This document shows positions 15,536-27,057 of a stretch of DNA of 32,414 nt, piece by piece. The DNA is from an uncultured Fastidiosipila sp. Lineage in GTDB: Bacteria; Bacillota; Clostridia; Saccharofermentanales; Fastidiosipilaceae. Position 1 is the stretch's first letter. Each line of letters starts with the position of its first letter. Location of the stretch: positions 1,781 through 34,194 of the forward strand of contig CAZCLL010000005.1 in assembly GCA_964499555.1 (NCBI GenBank), given 5' to 3'. A program made the position numbers and the translations under genes. The notes beneath the pieces were generated by a model. It saw only the letters and a list, made by a program, of their open reading frames with translations. It was not told the DNA's origin and did no database searches.

Positions 15536-16432
15536 CTAGCTTAAGTATAGCCTTTTTGCCAGTGATGCGAAATCATCTGCATCAAGTTCCTCCGCACGGC
15601 AGGTCAAAGACCGTCCCGCTTCCACGAGCCAGGCCTCCGTTTCCGCCTTCTTCCCCACCTGAGAGAAGCAGTTCACAAGCGTTTTTCGGCGCTGCGAAAA
15701 CGCTTGTTCAATCGTCTTCGCAAGTACTTTTGCCTCCGTTTCCAGTAAGGCCAAAGCCGCTGTTCCCTCTCTCCTCCTCAGGTAAATGAGCGTCGAATCC
15801 ACGCGAGGTTTCGGGTAGAAATGCTCCGCCGGTAAATCCATACACGTGACCACCTCGCCATAGCAAGCAATGAGCTTCGCCAGATCCCCTTGATTCTTGC
15901 TCTTCGACTTCCCATCGCCCGCGCTGCCACGAAGCCTGGGAACCACATCCTTTTGCACAAGAAAGGCCATCTGCCTCGCTTCCGGCAACTGGCATAGACA
16001 TTGCCGGATCAATTCCGAAGTCAAGTAATACGGCAAATTTGCCATGATCTGCACATTTTCCTTCTCCTGAGCCGTGAAAAGATCCGCAAAATCCACCGCT
16101 CTCGCATCCGTAAAACGCAGGGTCAGCGAAGGCAAGCGAGAAGCCAGATCCGTCAGTAAACCTTGTAAGGAAGGATCAATTTCCAGCGAGACGACTCTGG
16201 TAGCCGCGAGCGCCAGCTCTTCCGTCAAGGTCCCCGCACCGCTACCGATTTCTAAAATCGCCCCAAGAGGCGGCAGCAACGCCTTCTCCACCATCTTCTG
16301 CAAGAGCTCTCTATCCCAGAGAAAATTCTGGCCTAAGTGGTGCGCTGGCGTAATCTGATAAGCAGCCAAGTGCTCCTTAAACTGCGGTAATGTCCGCCTG
16401 TCACTCCCCATCCCAAGGGATCTCCTCATCAT
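15536..16432 (-). CDS. rsmA: 16S rRNA (adenine1518/1519-N6)-dimethyltransferase
   Basis: LGQNFL, EIGSGAGTLT and ANLPYY motifs. The start may be the ATG at 16409-16411 (MGSDRR...). Either start overlaps the upstream gene. Confidence 0.9.
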   Translation of the reverse strand: MMRRSLGMGSDRRTLPQFKEHLAAYQITPAHHLGQNFLWDRELLQKMVEKALLPPLGAILEIGSGAGTLTEELALAATRVVSLEIDPSLQGLLTDLASRLPSLTLRFTDARAVDFADLFTAQEKENVQIMANLPYYLTSELIRQCLCQLPEARQMAFLVQKDVVPRLRGSAGDGKSKSKNQGDLAKLIACYGEVVTCMDLPAEHFYPKPRVDSTLIYLRRREGTAALALLETEAKVLAKTIEQAFSQRRKTLVNCFSQVGKKAETEAWLVEAGRSLTCRAEELDADDFASLAKRLYLS

Positions 16433-17129
16433 CCGTCGGAATCGGCCGCACGAGGACTTTCGCCTGCTTCTCCGGCAAAATCCAAAGGTCTTGCCGGATC
16501 ACCCGGCACTCATCCGTCCGTACATCCCCCACTTGCCCGAGCGCCGCTAGAATCAGGTCCGGTTTCAAGTTCTCTCGGCTCCCCGCCTTACAGCGAAGCC
16601 ACACCTGATCGCTGTCCACCTTGGCGTTCACGATCAAGGGCAGAATGTTCAAGGGCTTTTCCTTGCCTTTGCTAAACTTCAGCACCTCCAGCTCCGGCAG
16701 GTGCAACATCTTCTGAAACGGTTCTCCCAGCCCCTCGCGCACAAAGAGGTAGTCACAAAGTCTCACCCCCGCCATCAAGTGCGTCGCTTGGCTGATCGGA
16801 ATCTCCTTCACAGCTAGTACCTGAAGCCCTTCCGGCAAGACGGCAGACACCTTGGCCAAAGCCGCCGCTTCTTCAATCGGCTCTTTCAGGCTAATATCGA
16901 TGTATTCCGCATCCGATTCAATCCCCACCCCGCTAGGCAGAGCAAAGACCAACTGGGGCCTCGGATTGAACCCCTGCGAAAAGGCCAGAGGCAGCCCGGC
17001 CCGCAATAAAGTCCTTTCAATTGCCCGCATGCGATCCAAATGCGCAACCCAAACCAAAGGGCCGTGCCAAGAAAGTTTCAGGCGAAGCACCATTTCGCGA
17101 TTATTACTGGGATCTCGCACGACACTCAT
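16401..17129 (-). CDS. Radical-SAM-linked protein (TIGR03936/DUF2344-like)
   Basis: HLDRMRAIERTLLRAGLPLAFSQGFNPRPQLVFALP matches my recollection of this family. ATGA overlap with the upstream radical SAM gene. Confidence 0.8.
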   Translation of the reverse strand: MSVVRDPSNNREMVLRLKLSWHGPLVWVAHLDRMRAIERTLLRAGLPLAFSQGFNPRPQLVFALPSGVGIESDAEYIDISLKEPIEEAAALAKVSAVLPEGLQVLAVKEIPISQATHLMAGVRLCDYLFVREGLGEPFQKMLHLPELEVLKFSKGKEKPLNILPLIVNAKVDSDQVWLRCKAGSRENLKPDLILAALGQVGDVRTDECRVIRQDLWILPEKQAKVLVRPIPTDDEEIPWDGE

Positions 17130-19036
17130 GGCGTCACCTCAGAAGCTTTTGCAGCCAGGAGATTCTCTTTACCTTTCACACAGATCGGAGCAGCAAAACC
17201 CTGAACCCCGCAAAACGAACAAGAATCGCCACAAGGTGTCGTAAGCTCTGCAGACAAAGCCTTTTCCCATTCCCGCCAAAGGAAGTGTTTGGTCACACCA
17301 ATATCAATCACATCCCAGGGCAAGACTTCCTCAAAGCTCCGTTCACGATACACATAAAAATCGATGGCTAAGCCAAATTCTGCCATCATGTCTTCCCACA
17401 CGGTAAAGTCGAAAAACTCTTCCCATGAATCGAGGTAAATCCCACGCTTACATCCTGCCTCCAGGACATCCGCCAAACGCCGATCGCCTCTGGCCAAAAC
17501 CGCTTCCCAAAGCGACGTCTTCTGATCGTGCCAATTGTATTTCACGAAGCGGCTCTTCAAACGGTCACGCAAGTAGGACACTTTTTCATCCAAGGCTTCT
17601 TGTTTCGCTTGCGGCACCCACTGAAACGGCGTAAAGGGTTTCGGAATGAAAAGCGCTGTACTCACCGTGAGCTCTGGTTTCCTAACGTTCACACCTTCAT
17701 TCTTGAGTTGGCGGTTCAAGCCGATAATCTTATAGACCAGATCCGGGATCCCTTCCACATCTTCTTGGGTTTCGGTTGGAAGGCCCAGCATAAAGTAGAG
17801 CTTTGCCCCGGAATAGCCGCCTTGGAAGGCTTTGGCCATCCCATCGAGAATCTCTGCCTCATCAATGCCTTTGTTAATCACATCGCGCAAACGCTGCGAA
17901 CCAGCTTCCGGCGCAAAGGTCAGCCCACTCTTCCGCGTCGCCGAAATCTTCTCTAAGAAATCCAGCGAGAACTGGTCGATCCGTAGCGAAGGCACCGACA
18001 AGTTCACCTTCTCCTCCCCGATCACCTCGAGAAGTCCGTCCAGTAGTGGGCTTAACAAACTGTAATCCGAAGTCGACAAGGAGAGCATGCCTGCTTCATC
18101 ATAGCCGGAATTTTGCAGCATCAAGCCTAGCTGTTCACGTAACTTCTCCGGCGAACGCTCACGAACCGGCCGATAAATTTGTCCAGCCTGACAGAAGCGA
18201 CAGCCTCTGGGACAGCCGCGGAAGAGCTCCAGAGAAACTCGATCGTGGACGATCCCAATCGTCGGCACAAGTGGTTCCAAGGGGAAAATTGCTTCATCCA
18301 AATCACGGATCAAACGCTTTTTCACCCGGGAAGGTACGCCTTCGGCCCGTGGCGAAATCGCCTGAACCCGGCCATCTGCTAAATAAGTTACCTCATACAA
18401 AGACGGTACGTAGACCCCCTCCAATTTGGCCGCCTCAAGCAGAAAATCTTCACGGCTTAGCTCACCTAACAATCGTTTCTCGCGCAGTAAGAGCAAAAGC
18501 TCCGGCAGGGCCTCTTCGCCTTCGCCGATCAAGACGACATCAAAAAACGGCGCCATCGGCTCAATGTTATAGACGACCGGACCACCCGCGATGACAATCG
18601 GATCCTCTTCGCTGCGATCCACAGTTCGCAAAGGAATCCCGCCCATCTCCAACATCTTCAGCACGGCACTGTAGGAGAGCTCATAAGACAAGCTAAAGCC
18701 CACGCACGAAAACTCCGCTAAAGGCCGTTTCTGCTCCATACTGAAGAGTGGCATCTGTCTTTTGGCCATTTGCTCCGCCATATCCGTCCAAGGTGCGAAC
18801 ACGCGTTCGCAAGCCAATTCCGGCCTCCGGTTCACCGCCTCATAGAGGATTCTGACAGCCAAATTCGACATGCCAATCTCATAAAGATCCGGAAAACACA
18901 AAGCGAAACGCAGCAGAGGGAAACCATCCGCTGCGTTCACATCTTCCTTCACGATTTGGTTGTACTCCCCGCCGACATATCGACCCGGCAGGGAGACCTG
19001 GCGCAAGAGCGCCGTATCCAGGGAAATTTTTGACAT
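17126..19036 (-). CDS. B12-binding-domain radical SAM protein (TIGR03960-like, function unknown)
   Basis: CxxxCxxC motif in FRGCPRGCRFCQAG. Its size (636 aa) and pairing with the DUF2344-like gene are typical of this family. AGGAGA SD. Confidence 0.85.
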   Translation of the reverse strand: MSKISLDTALLRQVSLPGRYVGGEYNQIVKEDVNAADGFPLLRFALCFPDLYEIGMSNLAVRILYEAVNRRPELACERVFAPWTDMAEQMAKRQMPLFSMEQKRPLAEFSCVGFSLSYELSYSAVLKMLEMGGIPLRTVDRSEEDPIVIAGGPVVYNIEPMAPFFDVVLIGEGEEALPELLLLLREKRLLGELSREDFLLEAAKLEGVYVPSLYEVTYLADGRVQAISPRAEGVPSRVKKRLIRDLDEAIFPLEPLVPTIGIVHDRVSLELFRGCPRGCRFCQAGQIYRPVRERSPEKLREQLGLMLQNSGYDEAGMLSLSTSDYSLLSPLLDGLLEVIGEEKVNLSVPSLRIDQFSLDFLEKISATRKSGLTFAPEAGSQRLRDVINKGIDEAEILDGMAKAFQGGYSGAKLYFMLGLPTETQEDVEGIPDLVYKIIGLNRQLKNEGVNVRKPELTVSTALFIPKPFTPFQWVPQAKQEALDEKVSYLRDRLKSRFVKYNWHDQKTSLWEAVLARGDRRLADVLEAGCKRGIYLDSWEEFFDFTVWEDMMAEFGLAIDFYVYRERSFEEVLPWDVIDIGVTKHFLWREWEKALSAELTTPCGDSCSFCGVQGFAAPICVKGKENLLAAKASEVTP

Positions 19037-19056
19037 AGATCTCCTAAACGTTACGT

Positions 19057-20397
19057 TTAGAGACGCTCTTCCAGCTTAGCTTTCTCTTCTTCGTAACCCG
19101 GTTTGCCCAGTAGAGCAAACATATTCTTCTTATAAGCTTCGACACCCGGCTGGTCGAATGGATTGATGGCATTCAAATATCCGGTCACGGCACAAGCCCG
19201 CTCGAAGAAATACACCATTTCGCCGAAAGTATACGCCGAAAGCTCATCCACAGCCACCTGCAAATTCGGAACCCCACCATCTACATGGGCCAAGACCGTT
19301 CCTTGCATAGCCTTGAAGTTCACTTCGTGCATATCCTTGCCAGCCAGGTAATTCAACCCATCCAGATTCTGTTCATCTTCAGGGATTATAAAGGAATGTC
19401 TCGGTTTATCAAACCATAAAACCGTCTCAAAGAGATTTCTTCTACCTTCCTGAATGTATTGCCCCATCGAATGGAGGTCCGTCGTGTTGTCCACACCGGC
19501 CGGGAAAATGCCCTTATTGTCTTTGCCGTCACTTTCGCCGTTCAGCTGCTTCCACCACTCGGTCATATAGTGCATCGCCGGCTCATAGTTCACCATTATC
19601 TCCGTGGTGTAGCCCTTCCGATAAAGCGCTGCACGTACCGCCGCATACTGGTACGCCGGATTTTCGGCCAAAGCCGCCTTACGGAAGGCATCACGCCCGG
19701 CCTTTGCACCCTTCATCATTTTACTGATGTCAATCCCAGCAACCGCAATCGGCAAGAGACCTACCGCAGTTAGGACGGAGTAACGGCCGCCAACATCATC
19801 CGGTACCACAAAAGACTCATAGCCTTCATTGTCAGCCAAGGTCTTCAAAGCCCCACGCGCCTTATCCGTCGTCACATAAATCCGCTTCTTTGCTTCTTCC
19901 TTGCCGTAACGCTCTTCCACATAAGACTTCAACACACGGAAGGCAATCGCCGGCTCCGTGGTTGTGCCCGGCTTCGAAATGACGTTCAGGCAAACACTCT
20001 TCCCTTCCAGCAGTTCCAAAAGTTCGGTGAGGTAAGCTGGCGAAATCTGATGACCCGCAAAAAGCACCAGCGGCGCTTTCCTCTTCGCCTTCGATAAGGC
20101 CGGGGAGAAATGGTTGCTCAAGGCATCAATCGCTGCCTTCGCCCCTAGATACGAGCCGCCAATGCCGATACAGACGAAAACTTCACAGTTCTTCCGAATG
20201 TCCGTGGCCGCCTTCTTAATACGGGCAAATTCCTGTTTGTCATACTTGATCGGGAGATCAACCCAGCCCAAAAAGTCATTGCCGGGGCCGGTCTTCTTCT
20301 CCAGTTGGTTGTGCGCAAGCTTCACCTGCTCAGCCAGCATCTCAATTTCGGATTCCTTGACGAATGACAAGGCGTTCTGATAAGAAAAAGTAATCAT
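19057..20397 (-). CDS. pgi: Glucose-6-phosphate isomerase
   Basis: [11 protein letters not shown] plus overall similarity to ~450-aa Gram-positive-type Pgi. I prefer ATG 20395-20397 ([16 protein letters not shown] 6-7 nt upstream) over the ORF-track start at 20421. Confidence 0.92.
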   Translation of the reverse strand: MITFSYQNALSFVKESEIEMLAEQVKLAHNQLEKKTGPGNDFLGWVDLPIKYDKQEFARIKKAATDIRKNCEVFVCIGIGGSYLGAKAAIDALSNHFSPALSKAKRKAPLVLFAGHQISPAYLTELLELLEGKSVCLNVISKPGTTTEPAIAFRVLKSYVEERYGKEEAKKRIYVTTDKARGALKTLADNEGYESFVVPDDVGGRYSVLTAVGLLPIAVAGIDISKMMKGAKAGRDAFRKAALAENPAYQYAAVRAALYRKGYTTEIMVNYEPAMHYMTEWWKQLNGESDGKDNKGIFPAGVDNTTDLHSMGQYIQEGRRNLFETVLWFDKPRHSFIIPEDEQNLDGLNYLAGKDMHEVNFKAMQGTVLAHVDGGVPNLQVAVDELSAYTFGEMVYFFERACAVTGYLNAINPFDQPGVEAYKKNMFALLGKPGYEEEKAKLEERL

Positions 20398-20446
20398 AAG
20401 AATCTCCTTTGCTCCGGTCATTTGTATATATTATGCTTATTTTACC

Positions 20447-21952
20447 TTAGATACGGTGTTTTTGCGACAGTTTCTCCCAGCTTAATGAGCCTCTTTTCCT
20501 CGTTTTTTCATAATCTTCGATGAGTGTTTCGATTGCGCTGGCCAAAGCCGCCCCTACCAAGTTCTCCTCCAAGAAGGCCTTCATCACAAAGTACTGCTCT
20601 TCTCTGCCGAGATAACGGCCACTTGGCCCCTGCCATCTTCGGTAGACCTTGCCAAGTGCGGCCATCAGGTCATAAGGCCTCAGGCCCACAAGGCCCGGCA
20701 AAGCCGGCAGCAGGGCCGGAAACATCGGCTTATGGGCATAACGATCCGTCATGTCGGCAACGACATCGGCCTCCACTAAATCGTCCACGGACATCCGATC
20801 GGATACTAAGACTTCGTAAGGTGGTCTCGGATTCCAAACAAAAGCTCGCTTCTGCGCTACTTCCACGAGCGGGGTTCCACGCAATATTTTCAGATGGCCA
20901 AGTTGCAGCATGTCCGGGGCAAGGGCAAAACAACGTTCGTAAGACAAGGCCAGCTCTTCTCTCGTCTCGCCCGGCAGGCCAGCAATTAAGTCGAGGTGAA
21001 CTTTCTGTTTCCCCGCTCTGATCAAGCGCTCCAATAAGGCGAAGCCTTCTTCCGATACGGCTCTTCTATGGACCAGCTTGAGGATGTGGGGATGAATACT
21101 CTGAAGCCCGATTTCAAATTGGAAGAGGCCTTCTGGAGCCGCTTCTAAGAGGGCAACACTTTCCTCATCCAGTAAAGACGCTTCCAGTTCAAAATGGAAA
21201 CAAGGTCTTTGGTCTGCCGCTACGCCCTCCGTTTCCCGAATCAAATAGGTCCAGATTTGCCTCGCGCGCTCTGGAGGAAAATTAAAACTTCGATCTAAGA
21301 ACTTCACAAGTTTGTAGTCATGGTCGATAAACCAGGACAGTTCGGTGAAGACCTTTTCCAGATCGCGGAAGCTGGGGGAATGTTCCAAACTGGAAACGCA
21401 ATAGGAACAATGGTAGGGACAGCCCCTTGAACTCTCGTAATAGGAAATCGAGCCCTGAAGCGCATCCTTGTAGCTAGGATAAATAAAGGGAAGGTCATTT
21501 GGGTGAACGAAGAAGTCGCTGGGGGCGGCTTTGGCCAGAGCGATCACTTCGTCGACCGAACCCGGAAGGCCTAATAGATGAGCCAGCGCAGCCTCCCCAT
21601 CCCCGGGAAGCAGCAAATCCCAGAGGGGCTGCCTTTGATACTCTGCCTCGAGATCGTAAGAAACTTCGGGGCCACCCGCCAGGAAGTGTGCCGCTGGAAG
21701 CATCCCGTGCAGGAGGTCCAGGAGCTGGTCGATGTACGGGGCATTCCAGATGTAGACGGAAAAGGCATAGAGATCCGCCTTAAGTCCATAGAGATCAGCG
21801 GCCACCGCTTGGACAGGGCGATTGATCTGGTATTCACGAATGAGGAGTTCGTGCGACGCAAAAAGAGCAGGGGTGAGCTGCTCTTTGCTGTAGGAAACCA
21901 TTGAATAGAGGCCGGGATGGCTGTGATTGACGCCGATCAGAACAAGTTTCAT
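20447..21952 (-). CDS. Radical SAM protein with B12-binding-like N-domain and DUF4080-like C-terminus (function unknown)
   Basis: CxxxCxxC in SSRGCPYHCSYCVSS. The ATG overlaps the ilvB stop (ATGA). Family assignment is from memory of this domain architecture. Confidence 0.75.
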   Translation of the reverse strand: MKLVLIGVNHSHPGLYSMVSYSKEQLTPALFASHELLIREYQINRPVQAVAADLYGLKADLYAFSVYIWNAPYIDQLLDLLHGMLPAAHFLAGGPEVSYDLEAEYQRQPLWDLLLPGDGEAALAHLLGLPGSVDEVIALAKAAPSDFFVHPNDLPFIYPSYKDALQGSISYYESSRGCPYHCSYCVSSLEHSPSFRDLEKVFTELSWFIDHDYKLVKFLDRSFNFPPERARQIWTYLIRETEGVAADQRPCFHFELEASLLDEESVALLEAAPEGLFQFEIGLQSIHPHILKLVHRRAVSEEGFALLERLIRAGKQKVHLDLIAGLPGETREELALSYERCFALAPDMLQLGHLKILRGTPLVEVAQKRAFVWNPRPPYEVLVSDRMSVDDLVEADVVADMTDRYAHKPMFPALLPALPGLVGLRPYDLMAALGKVYRRWQGPSGRYLGREEQYFVMKAFLEENLVGAALASAIETLIEDYEKTRKRGSLSWEKLSQKHRI

Positions 21953-23679
21953 TCCATCATCAGCCCCGGCATGATGACTTCATCGCTGTTCTTGCCAGCC
22001 GGCACCATAGGGAAAACATTCTCCTGCGTGCGAATGAAAATCCGTGCTAAGAAGGGTCCATCGGCGGCCATCATTTCATCTAAGACCTCCTGTAATTCCT
22101 CAGGCGTGCGAACGTTTCGCGCTGGGATGTAGTAGGCTTCCGCGATTTTCACGAAGTCCGGGTTGTTGTTAAGCTCGGACTGACTGAAGTGGTCGTCGAA
22201 GAAGAGATTCTGCCATTGTCTGACCATGCCTAAGGTGGCATTGTCGAAGACAAAAATCTTGATCGGTAATTTATTCTGGTCGATGGTACCCAATTCCTGG
22301 ATGACCATCTGAACACCGCCATCGCCCAGAATGGCAGCAACCGGGCGATCCGGAGCAGCAAACTGCGCGCCAACAGCGGCCGGTAAACCGAAGCCCATGG
22401 TGCCTAAACCGCCGGAGGTCAGGAAACTTCTGGGACTTTCAACCGGGAAATACTGGGCGGCAAACATTTGGTGTTGGCCGACGTCTGTGACGACGATGGG
22501 GTCCATCCCTTGGAAGCGGGCGGCAATTTCAGTCATGACATATTCCGGTAGAAGCGGTACATCCTTACGGAGAAAGTCACGTTCGATGACTTCGTGCATC
22601 TTCTGTTTCGTCTTTGCCAGCTGTGCTTTCCAAGGCTCTAGCGTGTTTACCCAGGTCTGGTAGTAGGCTTCATCTTGGATCTTGACCAGCTCTGCGTGCA
22701 AGGTGCGGAAGAAGTGTGCGGCATCGTCTTCGACAGCCAGATCGACCTGGACATTCTTATTAATCTCTGATGGATCAATGTCGCAGTGGACAATCTTGCG
22801 TTCGGTGTTTTGCTTGTACTTGATCGGATCGCCAATGACGCGGTCACTGAAACGGCAACCAACGGCCAAGAGAAGATCACATTTATCTAACGCTTCATCC
22901 GCCTGGAGCGAGCCGTGCATGCCGGCAAAGCCCAGGTACAAGGGGTGATCCTCGGCCAGGGCACTGATGCCCATGGTGGTTGCAGCGGTTGGAATCGGAC
23001 ACACCGAAAGGAACTTGTTCAGTTCTTCAGAAGCGCCATGGGAAATGACCACGCCGCCACCCACAAGGAGTAAAGGCCTTTTCGCTTCACGAAGAATGTC
23101 TCGAAGACTCGAAACCTGGCTAAGCGATTTACGAGGTTCCGGTGTAATGCGATTGAACTTCCGTAGCGGGATTTGCTCCGGGATTTGTCCGGCCAAAATA
23201 TCCTTAGGGATGTTCACCAAGACTGGTCCAGGTCTACCATCTGTGGTGAGTTTCCACGCTTCTTCCAAGATGGGGACCAGTTTTTTCTCGTCCATGATGA
23301 GGTAGGAAGCCTTCGTAATCGGCTCGGCAACACCGGTAATATCGGCTTCTTGGAACGCATCGCGGCCGGTGTCTTTCCTGGCGACTGCGCCCGTGATGGC
23401 GAAGACCGGAATGGAATCCAGCATGGCATCGGCCAAGCCAGTGACGAGGTTCGTCGCCCCTGGTCCTGAAGTTGCGATAATCACTCCGGGGCGCCCTGTG
23501 ACCTTCGCGTAGCCTTCCGCCGCATGCGCAGCTCCTTGCTCATGTCTGACCAAGATATGATTGAATCGACGTTTATAGATGGCCTCGTACAAGACGAGGA
23601 CTGGGCCTCCGGGATAACCAAAGGCCACGTCAACGCCCTTATCTTCTAAGAATTTGATGACTGTCTCTGCACCGTTCAT
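21949..23679 (-). CDS. ilvB: Acetolactate synthase, large (catalytic) subunit
   Basis: GAETVIKFLEDKGVDVAFGYPGG, the ThDP motif GLGTMGFGLPAA...GDGGVQM, and a length of 576 aa. Confidence 0.9.
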   Translation of the reverse strand: MNGAETVIKFLEDKGVDVAFGYPGGPVLVLYEAIYKRRFNHILVRHEQGAAHAAEGYAKVTGRPGVIIATSGPGATNLVTGLADAMLDSIPVFAITGAVARKDTGRDAFQEADITGVAEPITKASYLIMDEKKLVPILEEAWKLTTDGRPGPVLVNIPKDILAGQIPEQIPLRKFNRITPEPRKSLSQVSSLRDILREAKRPLLLVGGGVVISHGASEELNKFLSVCPIPTAATTMGISALAEDHPLYLGFAGMHGSLQADEALDKCDLLLAVGCRFSDRVIGDPIKYKQNTERKIVHCDIDPSEINKNVQVDLAVEDDAAHFFRTLHAELVKIQDEAYYQTWVNTLEPWKAQLAKTKQKMHEVIERDFLRKDVPLLPEYVMTEIAARFQGMDPIVVTDVGQHQMFAAQYFPVESPRSFLTSGGLGTMGFGLPAAVGAQFAAPDRPVAAILGDGGVQMVIQELGTIDQNKLPIKIFVFDNATLGMVRQWQNLFFDDHFSQSELNNNPDFVKIAEAYYIPARNVRTPEELQEVLDEMMAADGPFLARIFIRTQENVFPMVPAGKNSDEVIMPGLMME

Positions 23680-23682
23680 GGC

Positions 23683-25386
23683 TTAGCTCATTCCTGCGCC
23701 TTCTGCCGCCGAGCGAACAGATCTGCGATAGCGGGCCAAAACCCCTGTGATGTCTCTTGCCGGTGGGTCTTTTGCCTCTCTTTGGGCTAGGACATCGTCT
23801 GCGACCAGAAGTTCAATTTTTCTTGCCGGAATATCGATACGGATGAGGTCACCTTCTTGGACTTTGCCAATCAGGCCCCCTGCTAGTGCTTCCGGGCTGA
23901 TATGGCCAACGGCTGCCCCGCGGCTCGCGCCGGAGAAACGGCCATCGGTGATCAAGGCCACTCGATTATCAAGGCCCATACCGGCTAGAGCCGAGGTAGG
24001 ACTCAGCATCTCACGCATACCAGGTCCACCTGCCGGCCCTTCGAAACGGATGACGACCACGTCACCGGGGACAATTTTGCCACCCAGAATGGCGTCATTC
24101 GCATCTTCTTCACTTTCGAAAACACGTGCCGGCCCTTCGTGCACCATCATTTCAGGAAGCACCGCGCCTTTTTTGACGACAGAACCTTCCGGAGCCAGAT
24201 TGCCATAGAGGACAGCCAGGCCGCCATCTTGGGAAACCGGATTCTCTGCGGTGTGGAGGATGCGGGGATTTCTGGCTTTTCTAAGCTTGGAAATCCGCTG
24301 TTGCATCGTGCCATCCACAGACTTCACGTCAGAGTCGACCAAACCGGCTTTGGCCAGTTCAGCGAAGACAGCGCTGATGCCGCCTTCCTTGCCGAGGTCG
24401 ATGATATAGTCACGGCTCGCAGGATTGAGTTTCACGAGCTGAGGCGTCTTCTTAGAGACTTCCGCGATTTCAGCCAAGGTTAGATCGTAACCGGCTTCTC
24501 TAGAGATCGCGAGCATGTGTAGGACAGAGTTTGTAGACCCGCCCAAAGCCATATCCATCGCCATCGCGTTCTTGATAGCCTGCGGCGTCATAATGTCTCT
24601 GGCCTTCACTTGCTGTTCGACCAGCTCAAGGACCTTCATGCCTGCATGCTTCGCCAAACGGCGGCGATCCGAGAGCACGGCAGGGATCGTTCCATTCCCC
24701 GGGAGCCCTAAGCCCATGGCCTCAGTCAAGCAGTTCATGGTGTTTGCTGTATACATACCGGAGCAGCTGCCACAGCTGGGACAAGCGGAACACTCGATTT
24801 GATAGAGATCGTCATCCGTGAGCTTGCCCACGCGGTGGGTACCCACGGCTTCGAAAACTTCATTCAAGCCAACATCACCCAACATGGTGTCTCCAGGCAG
24901 CATCGGACCGCCGGAAACGAAAACGCTAGGAATATTTACACGGGCGGCCGCCATCAACATGCCCGGAACGATCTTGTCACAGTTCGGGATGAAGACAGCC
25001 CCATCAAACATGTGGGCAGTCAGCATGATTTCGCAAGAATCCGCAATATAATCACGCGAGACCAGAGAATAGCGCATGCCGTTATGGTTCATGGCAAGGC
25101 CGTCACAAACAGCGATGGCCGGGAATTCAAAAGGTACACCGCCGGCCATACGAATACCGGCTTTGACCTCTTCTGCAATCTCTCGCAGGTGCTTGTGCCC
25201 GGCGACAATGTCGTTATATGAATTGACCACCGCAATAAAGGGACGATCCATCTCTTCTTCGGTAAGCCCCAGAGCATAGAGCAAGGATCGGTGTCCGGCA
25301 CGCGAAGCGCCGTATTTGATCTTCGCAGAACGCTGCTGTGAAGGCACAGCGTCATCAGGATTTTTCGTTATAAAATTGATAGCCAT
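23683..25386 (-). CDS. ilvD: Dihydroxy-acid dehydratase
   Basis: [29 protein letters not shown] and TDGRFSG motifs. I prefer ATG 25384-25386 (MAINFITK...), which avoids overlap with leuB. Confidence 0.93.
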   Translation of the reverse strand: MAINFITKNPDDAVPSQQRSAKIKYGASRAGHRSLLYALGLTEEEMDRPFIAVVNSYNDIVAGHKHLREIAEEVKAGIRMAGGVPFEFPAIAVCDGLAMNHNGMRYSLVSRDYIADSCEIMLTAHMFDGAVFIPNCDKIVPGMLMAAARVNIPSVFVSGGPMLPGDTMLGDVGLNEVFEAVGTHRVGKLTDDDLYQIECSACPSCGSCSGMYTANTMNCLTEAMGLGLPGNGTIPAVLSDRRRLAKHAGMKVLELVEQQVKARDIMTPQAIKNAMAMDMALGGSTNSVLHMLAISREAGYDLTLAEIAEVSKKTPQLVKLNPASRDYIIDLGKEGGISAVFAELAKAGLVDSDVKSVDGTMQQRISKLRKARNPRILHTAENPVSQDGGLAVLYGNLAPEGSVVKKGAVLPEMMVHEGPARVFESEEDANDAILGGKIVPGDVVVIRFEGPAGGPGMREMLSPTSALAGMGLDNRVALITDGRFSGASRGAAVGHISPEALAGGLIGKVQEGDLIRIDIPARKIELLVADDVLAQREAKDPPARDITGVLARYRRSVRSAAEGAGMS

Positions 25387-25423
25387 ATTTTCTCTTCTCC
25401 AATGTGCGAGGAAATTTTCCCCA

Positions 25424-26524
25424 TTATACCCTTGCGAGGACAAGGCGGGTCATCTCATTCGTACCCACAAGGCGAGCATCTTCGGTATTCTGTGACGAGA
25501 CGGCTAAGTCAGCCGTCCGATAGCCTTCGTTCAGGACCTGGTCGACAGCGGCTTCAATCCGGGCGGCTGCCTTCTCTTGGCCTAAGGAAATCCTGAGCAT
25601 CATCGCAGCCGACAAGATCGTCGCCAAAGGGTTTGCCAAGTCTTTTCCTGCGATATCCGGTGCCGAACCGTGAATCGGTTCGTACATGCCGGGCGTCCCC
25701 TCTTTCCCTAAGGAAGCCGAAGGTAGAAGGCCGACTGAGCCAGTCACTTGCCCGGCTTCGTCTGAGAGAATGTCCCCAAACATATTCGAGGTCAAAAGCA
25801 CGTCGAAGGCATAGGGTCTCTTCACGATCTGCATCGACGCATTATCCACATACATGTAGTCTAGTGTGACCTCCGGATACCCTTTCGAAATCTCATCGAT
25901 GACTTCGCGCCAGAGTCTGGAACTCGCGAGGACATTGGCCTTGTCGACCAAGGTCACATGCTTCTTCCTCATCATCGCTTGCGAAAATGCAATCTCTGCG
26001 ATCCTTCGAATTTCCTCGTAGGAATAGCGTTCGATATCGTAGGCAGATCGCCCCTCGCCTTCCCCCTCACGTACATGTTCCCCGAAGTAAATGCCACCAG
26101 TCAACTCGCGGACGATCATGATGTCCATGCCCTGGTCGGTGATTTCCTTTTTCAAGGGGCTTTCGCCGGCCAAAGCCGGATAGAGCTTGGCGGGGCGCAA
26201 GTTCGCATAAAGAGCCAGCTCTTTACGTATCGCCAGTAAACCTTGTTCTGGTCGCAGTTTCGGATCGATTTTGTCCCACTTGGGTCCGCCAACAGCACCC
26301 AGGAGAACGGCATCCGACGCTTTCGCAGCTTGGATCGTTTCCTCCGGCAAGGGATGGCCGAAGAGATCAATCGCTGCGCCGCCCGCCTCCACCTTCGTGT
26401 AGTGCAAGCTGAAACCCTCTTGTTTGGCGACTTTATCTAAGACCTGACAGGCGGCATCAATGATGGCCGGGCCAATCCCGTCACCGGGAATCAGGCAAAT
26501 CGTATACTGGCCTTCGGAACTCAT
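25424..26524 (-). CDS. leuB: 3-isopropylmalate dehydrogenase
   Basis: [16 protein letters not shown], and the [25 protein letters not shown] signature. Confidence 0.95.
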   Translation of the reverse strand: MSSEGQYTICLIPGDGIGPAIIDAACQVLDKVAKQEGFSLHYTKVEAGGAAIDLFGHPLPEETIQAAKASDAVLLGAVGGPKWDKIDPKLRPEQGLLAIRKELALYANLRPAKLYPALAGESPLKKEITDQGMDIMIVRELTGGIYFGEHVREGEGEGRSAYDIERYSYEEIRRIAEIAFSQAMMRKKHVTLVDKANVLASSRLWREVIDEISKGYPEVTLDYMYVDNASMQIVKRPYAFDVLLTSNMFGDILSDEAGQVTGSVGLLPSASLGKEGTPGMYEPIHGSAPDIAGKDLANPLATILSAAMMLRISLGQEKAAARIEAAVDQVLNEGYRTADLAVSSQNTEDARLVGTNEMTRLVLARV

Positions 26525-27018
26525 TTCTTCGCCTCCTTGGCCATAGAATAGTTCACGAGCCCGCCCGCTTCAATAATCTTCTTAATAAAGGGAGGGAAGG
26601 GTTCAGCCTGCCAGCTCTCCCCTGTCTTCTGATTCGTAATCACGCCGGAATCAAAATCCACCTTCACTTGGTCGCCTTCTTGAAGGGCTTCCACAGCCTC
26701 TTTGCATTCTAGGATTGGCAAACCCATATTGATCGCATTCCGATAGAAAATGCGGGCAAAAGAAGGCGCAATCACGCAACCAGCACCACTTGCTTTGATC
26801 GCAATTGGCGCGTGCTCACGGGACGAACCGCAACCGAAATTGTCGCCCGCAACAATGACGTCGCCATGCTCTACACGTTCAATATAGGTCTTGTCTAGAT
26901 CTTCCAAACAATGTTTGGCTAGTTGTTCCGGATCGGCCGTTGTGAGGTAACGTGCCGGGATAATGACATCGGTATCGACATTGCTGCCGTATTTAAAAAC
27001 TTTTCCACTCGTTTCCAT
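26521..27018 (-). CDS. leuD: 3-isopropylmalate dehydratase small subunit (short, ~165-aa type)
   Basis: [14 protein letters not shown] motif. ATGA overlap with leuB. Confidence 0.92.
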   Translation of the reverse strand: METSGKVFKYGSNVDTDVIIPARYLTTADPEQLAKHCLEDLDKTYIERVEHGDVIVAGDNFGCGSSREHAPIAIKASGAGCVIAPSFARIFYRNAINMGLPILECKEAVEALQEGDQVKVDFDSGVITNQKTGESWQAEPFPPFIKKIIEAGGLVNYSMAKEAKK

Positions 27019-27057
27019 CTTATCTCTTTCCTTGCTTTTCGCTTGTAGGTTTGTAGC

